Shown one piece after another: positions 14,016 to 25,040 of a stretch of DNA of 64,000 bases. The notes beneath the pieces were generated by a model. That model did no database searches. It was given only the letters and a program-made list of their open reading frames with translations, and was not told where the DNA came from. Position 1 is the first letter of the stretch. Each line of letters begins with the position of its first letter. The translations under genes were made by a program, and so were the position numbers. Origin of the DNA: Eledone cirrhosa (taxonomy: Eukaryota); assembly GCA_964016885.1 (NCBI GenBank), contig OZ024743.1, positions 30,566,001 to 30,630,000 of the forward strand, written 5' to 3'.

Positions 14016-14938
14016 CAATATGTTAAAAAGATAACACACCAGAAAGAGAGAGATATTGCGCCATTAATCAAACAGGGAAAAACCACCAGTGTATGGAATA
14101 TATAGCCCATGGAAGGCAGAGTAGACACACAATAATTTAAAGTTTAAATTAAAGTGTAAATAGTTTACGAGGTATGTATTTACACTTTAATTTATACTTT
14201 TAATTATTATATGTCTACTCTGCCTTCCATGGGCTATATATTCCATACACTGGTGGTTTTTCCCTGTTTGATTGATGGCGCACTATCTCTCTCTGGTGTG
14301 TTATCTTTTCAACATATTGTATTATAAAGAGCTCGGGATTCCTTCTCCTTTGAGTAAATTACTGACAGGGAATAACGAGAGTCTATGGCTCCGTTAATTT
14401 ATCGTGATATTTCGCTCCTTATAACAAGCTTTCCTCTCACTCTGTTTGGTTGAGCACACTTCTCTGGATGGTTTGGGCTTCCCTTTCTAGCAGCTCGTTC
14501 CTCAGACGCCACTGGTTACTGCCCTAGGCACGCTCTGAATTCTCTCTCCCACGTGTGACTGGACGGTCGTTTTAGATTCTCTTAGAGTTGTCTGAAATGT
14601 ATAGCCTTACACACGCTGATGCACCATCGGCTAATCATTTCTGTCAACAACTTATTTGGCGAAACAGATCATTTTGGATTTGTACGTGTGTGTTAGATTG
14701 TTATCGAGGTATGTATTTACACTTTAATTTTTAATTTTAATTATTGTGTGTCTACTCTGGCTTTCATGGGCTATAGATTCCATACACTGGTGGTTTTTCC
14801 CCGTTTGATTGATGGCGCACTACCTCTCTCTTTCGTGTGTTATCTTTTTTTTTCAACATATAAAGAGCTCGGGATTCTTTCTCCTTTGAGCACATTACTG
14901 ACAGGGAATAGCGAGAGTATATGGCTTCGTTAATTTAT

Positions 14939-14945
<7 letters not shown>
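14013..14945. repeat. Unclassified element: ~150-bp hairpin plus ~240-bp direct repeats
   Basis: 14013-14162 inverted to 14177-14322; 14168-14408 repeated at 14705-14945; flanked by (TA)n. Confidence 0.9.
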
Positions 14946-15023
<78 letters not shown>

Positions 15024-15115
15024 TAAAAGGTAAAAGAAAATGCTGCCAAATTTTTCCCAGTGAAAAATAATTTAATTAGGAATAAGTATAAATAAGTAAT
15101 AAGTATTAGTTTTAA

Positions 15116-15156
15116 GTTTTTACCGGATGCGCATTTCTTATGCTTTTCAAAAATAA
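15116..15156 (-). ncRNA. Variant minimal hammerhead-like motif (UUGAAAA...GCAU-CCGG-UA)
   Basis: Same position and fold as the 50695 motif, but GAAA box altered. Confidence 0.5.
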
Positions 15157-15254
15157 TTTTGAGATAGAATGCCCGTGATTTTTGCTCTAATCTGATCAGT
15201 TTTGGAAATTCTTCCTGTTTATGTGAAAAAAGTGGCTTGGGAGGTATTTAAATT

Positions 15255-15410
15255 TGGTTGATTGTTGAAAGTCACGTGAATATGCACTATAAATTTCGCG
15301 CCAATTCGTGTTGCAAAAATTCATGTAGTCAAAACAATTTTGATTGGTCGGTAGAAGTCACGTGAATGTTTAAATTGATTTTAGCGCGAACTGGTTTTGC
15401 GCCAAATGTA
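15255..15410 (-). promoter_or_regulatory. Putative PLE internal promoter (E2F-like, E-box, CCAAT motifs)
   Basis: GTCACGTGA x2, TTTCGCGCC, TTTTGCGCCAAA, GATTGG; recurs in related copies at 45.9, 50.4 and 57.9 kb. Confidence 0.55.
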
Positions 15411-17090
15411 GGTTTGTCGAAGAGAGTCCTTTTCCGCTTGATTGAGTTTCTGTCATGTTGAAAGGTCAACAGTTCAGGTGTCCATTAAGACAAATATGTG
15501 TGTGCGTGTGTATGTGTGTGTCTGTGTTGCAAATGGTTCATTGTTGTGATAATGGAAATGAATCGGTTAGTAGGAATGTGTTTGTACGTGTGTGTGGGGG
15601 GGGGGGGTATTTTAACATGTTGAAACATCTTTTTCAGCTCTTGCCTTATACGGAGAAGTGTGTGTGTATGTATGTCTGTATGTCAGTGTGCGCGTGTGTA
15701 TGCGCGCATGTGTCTGTGTGTGTTGGGGGGGGGGGGTGCATGTGGATGGACCAGTATTTTTATGGTACTGGTATTAAGGGTCTACATTATTCGATATTTT
15801 CAGTCATTTGCAAAAACGATTCTCTCAAAAGAACACCAAAAACATCAATAATAAAAGAGGTGAAATGATGTATAGTATTGTCATAAAACCAAGTCGTGTG
15901 TGAGTCCAGATTGTACGTACTGCAAGGGGAATCCATTACACCCTGCTGTATGGGATACTTGTGTACAAATATGTATGCACCCATCAATGTGCAATGCATG
16001 TATGCGTATGTGTATGTGTGCGTGTCGGCACGTGTATATCTATAAACATCAAAATGTATGCAAATGTGTGTATATTTGTGTTGCACCATAGAACATGTGT
16101 GTTTACGTTTGTCATTGTGTTTATAAGTGGATAGAAATGTATGTAGGATGTATGTTGATGTAGGTATGTATGTGGCCGTGTGTATGTTGTGAGTTGGTCT
16201 TAGGAAGAAGTGTTTAGACAACGTCCGCATTTGTTAATAAAGGGAGATTCCTTGCTGATGCGCTGAGTGTTGGGGGCATAATCTTTAAATTTGTAGAGGG
16301 GAAAGATTCTAAATTTGGGATGATTTTGGGCGGCACAGGTATCAATATGTTCACTCGGTGGTATTTTTCTGTATTCCCGTATTTTGATTTGGGATATATG
16401 GACAGTCGTGCGTAGGCGGAGGCTGTTTTTAGTCTGGCCTATGTATTGTTCTCGATAACCTGAGCAAGTTAATACATATATCAGGTTTTCTGATGCGTAT
16501 GTGAAATTGTGTTTTACAATATAACGTTGTCGTGGTTGGCAGTACTTTGGCATGTGTTCGGATGTGTTTCATGACTTAGATTGTCTTTATGATATCGTGT
16601 GTTCGAAGGATTTGGTTCATTCTCTGGTCCTTATTTAATACAGAGATGTTCTGGAGGGTGGTGTCAAAGGCCTCATTGTTGAGGAGGTTGTGTGTGGTGA
16701 TGTATGGAAGAACTTTTAGTTTCGGTTGATTACTTTTAGTGTATCTAAGTTCCTGGGTACTGAGTTTTAGGGCACGTTGGATTCCATTGTCAATTCGTGA
16801 TGTAGGGTAGTCCCTGCTTATGATTGTGTCCTTTAGTTCTTGTAGACGTAAGTAACAGGTGTTTTTATTGGAAATTATAGTACAGATTCTTTTGGGTAAG
16901 TTGTAGGGAATATTGGTTTTAACGTGTCTAGGGTGGCATGAATTGAAAGGAAGATATTGCTTGGAGACTGTGGGCTTGTAGTATATGTCTGTTTATATTT
17001 TTTTGTTATGAATCGTAATGAGTATGTCGAGGAAGGGGAGTTGTTTATGGCTGTATTCCATTGTAAAATTATGTATTCGACAACCTACAC

Positions 17091-17961
17091 TTAAGTATCA
17101 GCCGTACTAAGAGTGAGAAATGAAATTTCATTTTTTCCATTTATCGTTTTCGGTACGCCCGGCCCACTAACTCACTCGATATACAAATTAGGCTGCTCAG
17201 CCGTTAATATGCATAAGGAAAGTATAAACCGTACTTTCAAACGTTCAATCGAGAGACAGGAAGGTATACAGTGCTATATGACAGCGAATAAGCTAGAAAC
17301 TAGTTCATCGTTCTTTTGTGAGTGTTGAACAGAAGGGCACCGATGGTTGCCGAACACTCTACGGCTTAATTCGGGATGTTTGTTTACAAACAAACCAAAC
17401 ATTATAATAAATGTTCGGTAAACACATACGTACATATATATATATATATATATGTGTGTGTGCATGTATGTATGTATATACATACTGCTGTACGTCTGTA
17501 TACATATATGCATGTACGTATACATTCTTATATTTAAGTATCAGCCGTACTAAGAGTGAGAAATGAAATTTCATTTTTTCCATTCATCGTTTTCGGTATG
17601 CCCTGCCGAATAACTTACTCGATATGCAAATTAGGCTCCTCAGCCATTAATATGCATAGGGAAAGTATATACCGTTCTTTCAAACGTTCAATCGACTGAA
17701 ATAAAGGTATACGGTGCTGATGACTGATAATAATCTAGAAACTAGTTCATCGTTCCTTTGTCAGTGTTCAACAAAAGGGCAACGATGGTTGCCGAATATT
17801 GTACGGCTTAATTCGGGCTGTTGGTTTACAAACAAACCGAACATTATAATAAATGTTCGGTAAACCCATACGTACATATATATATATATGTGTGTGCATG
17901 TATGTATATATATACGAACTACTGTACGTCTATATACATATATGTGTGTACGTATACATAC

Positions 17962-17975
<14 letters not shown>
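17091..17975 (+). repeat. Two tandem ~443-bp units, each with a hammerhead motif (retrozyme-like)
   Basis: Units start TTAAGTATCAGCCGTAC at 17091 and 17534. Confidence 0.9.
17703..17759 (+). ncRNA. Type I hammerhead ribozyme motif (degenerate homolog at 17261-17315)
   Basis: ACGGUG/CAUCGU stem I with distal AAAGG/CCUUU, CUGAUGA, weak stem II, GAAA, palindromic CUAG, GUU. Confidence 0.7.
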
Positions 17976-17992
<17 letters not shown>

Positions 17993-18270
17993 TCTTATAT
18001 TTAAAAATATCCCATAAGGTTGAGATGCATTTTGGCAATTTTGGCTGCGCCTTGTAGCAACCAACCCACTCACCGTAAGCAACCAATCACATTATTTCTG
18101 ACTTGACCACTGCCACGTGACAATTCTTAGTCATTTTGAATTCGTGTCTGGCGGGGACCACTTTACAAAATAACCTGGTCTAATTGATTTGTTGTGTGGT
18201 TATTTATGCTAATTGGGAGAGGAAATGGTGTATATATATTATCAAATGATTCTCTGGACATACTTTATAG

Positions 18271-18305
<35 letters not shown>

Positions 18306-18314
18306 CTCTCTCTA

Positions 18315-18605
18315 TATATATAACGAAGGAGGTATGGTAAGGAATCAGATGGACCATAACGCACAAGATTACTCAATACTTAGGGTAGTAGAGTGGGTAA
18401 TAGGAATATGGTAGACCCCGACGGCAGAGATCAAGCCATTTCGGCGGCTATTTCTGGAGTTCAGAAATAGCCGTTGAAACGGCTTGAGCTCTGCCGTCGG
18501 CGTTAAACATTTTCCTATTGCCCACTCTACTACCCTAAGTATTGAGTACTCTGGTGCGTTATGGTCCATCTGGTTCCTTACCACACTTCCTTCGTTATAT
18601 ATATA
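18315..18605. repeat. Foldback/MITE-like hairpin (~140-bp arms) in (TA)n; partial copy at 52150-52198
   Basis: Arms are reverse-complementary around TTTCTGGAGTTCAGAAA. Confidence 0.92.
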
Positions 18606-18610
18606 TATAA

Positions 18611-18696
<86 letters not shown>

Positions 18697-20119
18697 CTGT
18701 GTGTGTGCATGTACATTAGATCACCAATTTTCACTGTAATAAAACCTGTTAGACCACTGTTTAAAGTGGGATAGCCCTACAGTTTTATAAAATTATGTAA
18801 ATATGGAATGATCGAAGACTCACATATATTCTTGTAAATATTCTCATATCTATTTATCAATCCTGAAACGGAAAGTGACGGTCACTTCAGGTGCTTACAT
18901 TTCATCTAAAAGGGTGAATATGAAAGGAGAATGGCTAAAAGCATAGGAATAAGAGCTCATAATGCAAATGAAAAAAAAAATTAACATTTACAAAAATGAA
19001 CATCAGAATATTTCAGAAGAATTCACAACACAAGGATGTTGGTTTCAATAACAAAATGACGACATACTCTACATATCTATATATGTAGTAATGGTGTAAG
19101 TGCATACAACTAAAAAACCAAGAAAGTCGATCATATTCTTAAAAGCGTAAACGTAGCAATCACACCCCCGACGTGATTTCAAGATAAATGGAAAAGATCT
19201 TTTCTGGAAAAATGCCATTTAGCAATTATATATTCAGAGAAGAAAATAAAGATGGCCCTTCTAACAAGGTGAAGTAAAGCTCTTTACACTGATGACAGCG
19301 CATTTTTATCACTTCAGATACATAATGCCCAACGACAGAATTACCATAAATCAATTGTGATTGCGAAATGAAACAAAAGATTATGTGTGACGATGGAAAT
19401 GTTCAGTGATATTGTTTTATACAGTTGCCAACTTATACGTCATAGTGTGAAGAACATAGTTTAAACATTTTTTGTAATTCGTTATACTATATCCAAAGTA
19501 GTTTGCCTAGCAACAAACTCCATAAACATACTCCAGACCATGGATCCCCGTGAAATTTAACATGTCGAGATTTCGTTCATTCTGCATTCTTGCTAGTATC
19601 TTGCTGAGAAAATCATATTCTACTACTATATATATATGTGAGAGAAGACATATTAATATGTGTATGACTGTAGATGCATTCTCAGAAAATAAATATATTG
19701 TTGTGGAGGGGCCACACACTGATTTCACGTTTCAGATAAAACCTATGTCCTAATATCATTGTGGCTTTATACCTGAAGGTACTGTGATTTCTCTTGTGAT
19801 TAAATTTCATTAATTCATCAAGGTTCAATCTTTATTAAAAAGCAATAGCTTAGTATAGAATCTAATTATTTTGCTCATTGCCAATTAGCTATATATAAAG
19901 TTTGCAGAGTAAAACAATGGATTTAGAACGAATAATAATTTCTATAATACGCATTTTCCCCAAACACCTGTTGAAATCGATTTTTTGTAATTTATATATC
20001 TTTTCTTTCAACACTACAATGCCTGTTCGAAAATTCTATGCTTTCAGCGAATTTGTTCGTAACGTATGCATTAACATTAACATATGTTTGTTACTGGCGC
20101 AATATACAGAGGGTATTCA

Positions 20120-20600
20120 TTAAGGATGCGTGATGGCATCACGCCTCTATAGTAGAGTGTGCATCTATCGAAATAAATGGAAGTCTAGAGAACTAGAGCC
20201 ACGCATTGTGTTGAGGAACAGCCGATTATATCTAGACAGTATCATCTTGTCTCCTCCACTAGGTCCGTGCTCCTTATATGTAATGGTTGTAACATTCTAT
20301 TTCCCAGTTGTTAAGATTTGCTTCCTTCCAAACACTATTTGATGTCTTGGGATACTCTATACGTCCATTCCACGGCTCTCAAGACATTTCGCATGCACAT
20401 CGACATATCTAAGAGTGTTGGATTGCGACTTCGACTACAGTAAGTCTTGGAATCGGTGCCACTACCGAAAGCCTAAGCACCTTCCTTGTTACCCCTTGCA
20501 AAGAACGATGTGGCATGAATGGTTTTCATTCTTCTAAACGTTTTCTTGCATTTTGCAGTTGTTTTGTGGTCGTATTTGCGCCAGAAACCTAATTGTTACT
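20120..20600 (-). pseudogene. RTE-clade LINE 5' remnant (APE N-terminus)
   Basis: Minus strand G.*NVTTIT..KEH..VEETR*YCLDIIGCSST resembles the start of RTE/Expander endonuclease. Confidence 0.5.
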
Positions 20601-21399
20601 TCTCGCAGATTTGCGAGGTCTAGGATCTTTTAGAAGTGAACTTTACTCGCTTCAATATATCTACATCACTGGACTGTGAGAGTTTCCTACGGAAATAACA
20701 ATGTTATCTATTGCTCCACCTTCCCTTTTAGTTTACTGCTGTTGTTCCGGTGTTGCTTATTCACTCCACACAAACCCCCTTATATGAGGTTGGCGTATCA
20801 CGATTCACCACCAGCGACCAGCTCACTAGTAAAATCGTTCTACGGGAAATGACCCAATCAATATTATAACAAATAGTTATACACAGAACGGCGTGTTTGA
20901 ATACATTCAAGTAAAATATAGTAAAGGCATTGCTACATTTAATAGTTCTCATTGGGAAAATATAAATATATGTTTTTTTCAAATATGTTATCCTTTTCAA
21001 ACTATTCATCGCTTTAAATGAAAGTCCGTTTTTTTCTTAAAAGAGGGAGAGAATGAGCGAATGTATTATGTTAGCTCCCATGTGTAATATTTGATAATAT
21101 ATAAGGAGTATTGTCATAAGCAGTGACTTTGGTTGCTTGAAGCGAAAGGATACACAATCGCATTTGCTATGTATCTCTTCAAGTTGGTAAACACAGTGAA
21201 GTAAAGAGTGATAATTTAGGAAGAAAGTTCACTATGTTATACATTGTAGTCTTCCGCAGAAACAGACTGAATACACCAAAGATTGTTTCGTGGAAGAAGA
21301 AATTATAATTCTAAATTGAAACATAGAAAAGAATGATTCCACAAATTTGGTAGATGTTACTTTGGTGTGATAACCTGGAGAATTTAGTGAAGTTTCTCG

Positions 21400-22480
21400 A
21401 AAAGACTAACGTTTGAGCATTTGCTTTTTTCTATGTAACGTCTTCAATTCAATGTGCTGCCAGTTAATTAATTTGAGGCTGCAATTTAAATCATGATGGC
21501 TAGCGTTTCTTGTTTATGGTATTGAGTATTTTTTTAAATATCATATCCACTCTTTTTAGTAATCTTCTCTCATTGTATCTAATATTGCTATTTCAGCTGT
21601 TCATATTTTAGTGGTTTCGTCTAATTTGAAATATTTGTTTGGATATTTCTGGTGTCATTCTACGATTTGTTTTCTATGTCGCATTTAATATTTTCAGCTT
21701 CAGTTAATTTGCCAATTCTCATATTAGATTTGGCAGATTTCTGTTATTTTATACTTACTCTTGTGCCAAAGTTGAATCTCTCAAGAATTAGGTATCTTAG
21801 CTGGATATAAACACTGGTAAATATTTTCGAGTTATTTATGTAAAAAAGACGTTTTAGAATTATAGATTTCCATATATTCACTATCTAATTAGGTTTGCAT
21901 TCGATATGTTTTTCTGTGGAGTTAGCGAAAGGTAAAGGTGAATGATATTATTAAAGTCTTGTTTTAATTAACACATAATTAATTTGTAATGATAGGTATG
22001 ATATTAATGTTCTTGTACCCCGTCAGCAGCATAACCTTTGGTTTGGTTCTCGATATTAATATGTAGTTTCATCTATATACAAGCCTGGTCCTGGTCATGG
22101 TAAGCTTTGTTTCTTTCTCCTTACTCAATTTATTACCAACCTATGATCACTTTGTCGTTAAGCATGCGTATAATGGTTTTATATTTGGTCGAAACCAAAT
22201 CATGTTATATGCCGATACATTTAAAAACACCATTGATTGTGCATTGTTCCGGATTCTGCATTTATTATGTTGTTAGGGATTGCTCTGTACTCTCTCCGAA
22301 TATACTTGAAGTTTCATTTGTATCGAGATATATGCGAATGCTATAAAATATATTTTGGAAATTGAATAGAATATTTTATTTTCTTGGACAAAGGAATTGC
22401 TTTATGTTGCATGCCTTCGTGTTTTGTATATTTTTGTTATTAAATATGCATTTTGAGTGTATTTCTAAACCATTTTCGTA
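21400..22480 (-). pseudogene. Old, highly decayed PLE RT remnant
   Basis: Scattered matches in the correct order (ETSSIFG, NKCRIRNNA, FRP, HRL, QTKGYAA.GT, LPFANS) to the 47-kb RT. Confidence 0.45.
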
Positions 22481-23167
22481 AGTATTACCCAACGGCAAAG
22501 GAGAAATTCCTGGTCCCTATAGAATATATGCAATATTTTCTTCTACGAATATGAAAATGAAGATATATATATCCAGGTGTCAAAGATATTCAGATATACC
22601 AGTGCAAAATATGATTAACCGTGCAAGAAACATAATATCTAAAGCTATAATTTTATACGTATAACTGTTTATAACGAATTGGAAAATATGCGGTAATGTC
22701 TGAAGAAAAGGTGCTAAGAACATTTAAATAAAGTTTCTTAAAATTAGCAACTGTAGAGTTGAAGGGATATCTAGCCCTCCGTTTAAAAGCCTGAATCGCC
22801 GCCTGATATTCTTAATGTTATGAGGCTATATTTGTTTATAGCATACTAATATTTACTTCTTTTATATGGATAAATAAGTTAGTTTTAAAATATGGAGAAA
22901 ACATGTTAAGCATAAGAAATTCTAAGGTGTTAAAACACATTCTTAATAATTGGTATTGAATTTTTCCAGTTATTTGCAGTTAAAAAAAAAAAACAATTTA
23001 AAACAACTTGCATTGCATATGTTAGCAAAGCTGTATGTCGCTTACTAATCATCAACATGACAACTGGCGACTGTGAAAAATGAAATACGAATATAAATGT
23101 ATTATACACACAGCCACAACTTACCCATAAATATGTATTTGGATATACATATATATATGATTGTATG

Positions 23168-23210
<43 letters not shown>

Positions 23211-23214
23211 CTAA

Positions 23215-24560
23215 ATATTTATTTATTTATTATGGCTATGTGGTGAGCCTTGTTACTCTGGAGTTTCACAAGCGCTCTCACAAGATCATCATACAAGAAT
23301 AATTTTTTAAATATCGGAAACAGTGTACATAGTGGAAGATCTAAGTACAAATTAGGGATACGTATTTTTGAATGGGTGTGTAGAAAAATAAAATGGGTGT
23401 TATAAAAAGGAAAAGCCGAAGTTAAATTAATTAAAGAGAAATAAGAAAGGTATGGAATTAATTAGTATATGCAATGATCATTACAAAGATTTGCAAAAGG
23501 GGTTCATTTCTGGTTATAATGATGGTAAAGAATAGAGTAAATGAAATGAATAACATATATCTGGGATGGTTAGGTGTGTAGATATCAATCAATATAAAAT
23601 ATTTACTGAGAAATAGAATAACTTTAGAAAATAGTAGGTGTGTTATATCCGATGGTGTTGAAGATGATGGAGTTGAAATATAAATTAATAAAGAATCGGT
23701 AGAATGGTAATCGCCTTCGATAAAGTGACTCAAATGAAACGTGATTTCTGCTGGTGATAATGTATGAAGTGGTGATGCTAATGAAAATAGCTTTTATATG
23801 TAGGTGAGTTTATAAGTTTTTTAGGAGAATGGATATACGTTTGAAAGTAGTAGGTGACGATGATGAAGTACATAAGGAAAAGAAGAGAAAAGGATTTATA
23901 ACAAAAAAAATGAAAAGCAAAAAAGAAGCAAGGAGTAAGAGAAAAATTAAAATTAAATTGGTATGGAATATACGCTGGTGATGAATATGATGAATAGACA
24001 ATATCTTAGATGGATATATGAGTGTGTACCAATTGGGAGAGGGAGAGAGATAAATACTTAGTGGATAGCACAATTACGTAAGAAGACATAGGAAATGTTA
24101 TGTGAGATGATGGTGATAAATAAATTTGAAATTAGTGAAATTATATTGATAATAAATTGATAATGTCGATGACATTGTTGAGTCAAGAGAATATGGAGAT
24201 AAAATATTTTAAAAAATCAAACATGAAATGTATTGTACTACTACTAATGGTTTGGCGAGGGGAAATGGTCGTGGAGCACAAAGCGAAAAGATTCGGAAAT
24301 GGAGAAAAATAGGAAAGTAATAAGGGAGAAATTAAGAAATGAAGAAATGAGGAATGGGGAAATCATAAAATAATTGAATAATGAAAATGATGAAAATAAG
24401 AGAATAATGAAAATGAAAAATGTGAACATACGGGAATAATTGAAATAAAAATAAAATGAAAACGTAATGTTGGATAACTCACAGTCAACACAGCTCAGAG
24501 TGTGGCAGTAATTCAGGAGATATAGAAACTAGAAAGAATGGTGGGAGACGCTCATAACCT
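23215..24560 (-). mobile_element. Decayed CR1/L2-like LINE 3' remnant with (TAAA)n tail
   Basis: Minus-strand LAKPL, ESLYRRRL and THSKIRIP-like fragments; tail at 23215-23235. Confidence 0.45.
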
Positions 24561-24829
24561 TAGTATGTATGGATTGATTTTTGTGGTTTAGGATTTGTGA
24601 CCCTATATTTTAAGGCGGATGTAGCTATTTTTAACAGAATGTTGGTACAATCGCAGTGAGGTGGAGAAGTATTTTTTCACAAGGGAAGGAATATACTCGG
24701 CTATACTGTTGAGATATTACCGCAGTAAAGAAGATTATACAGAAGAATCATCCTGGCTCTGTGTTCCCTGTCCTTCTGGGGAGCTTCTATTTAAAGCTAC
24801 ATTTTTCTAATGTCCGTCTGTTTGAAAAT

Positions 24830-25040
24830 AGGTTGGGATTGCGCGGCAGGTGTAGGAATTCTAATGACAAGGTAGACAACTCATTAGACAACGTTTGAAG
24901 AACCATCACCCGATTTACATATTTGCATAGATTGGGTGAGAACTTTCCATTGAATGGAGAAATTCACGTATAAGTGAATTGCCATCTTCGTGGACAATCG
25001 CTTATAAAAGTGTCTAAAGCGTCTGAAAGTTTTAGCTCTG
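24830..25040 (-). pseudogene. Naiad-like GIY-YIG remnant
   Basis: Minus strand FRHFYKRLSTKMAIH...FSIQWKVLTQS parallels FKHSDKRTSTALAS...YSIDWSILDHS. Confidence 0.55.

Larger units (their letters stand above)
15020..17075 (-). mobile_element. 5'-truncated, decayed Neptune-like PLE
   Basis: Minus strand FTMEYSHKQLPFLDILI..TDIYYKPT..QYLPFNSCHPRHVKTNIPYNL; GIY-YIG ORF 16200-16553 (LIYVLTC...YIGQT); 3' end homologous to 51.6 kb. Confidence 0.9.

Noticed and set aside
14460-14675. Hammerhead-like fragments (minus-strand CUGAGGA...CCCAAAC; plus-strand CUGAUGC...CGAAAC)
   Set aside because: Core and stems cannot be completed without several assumed mutations
22107-22346. TPLIVHCSG resembling a tyrosine phosphatase HCSAG motif
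   Set aside because: Lacks the GxGR continuation and lies antisense to a decayed PLE RT
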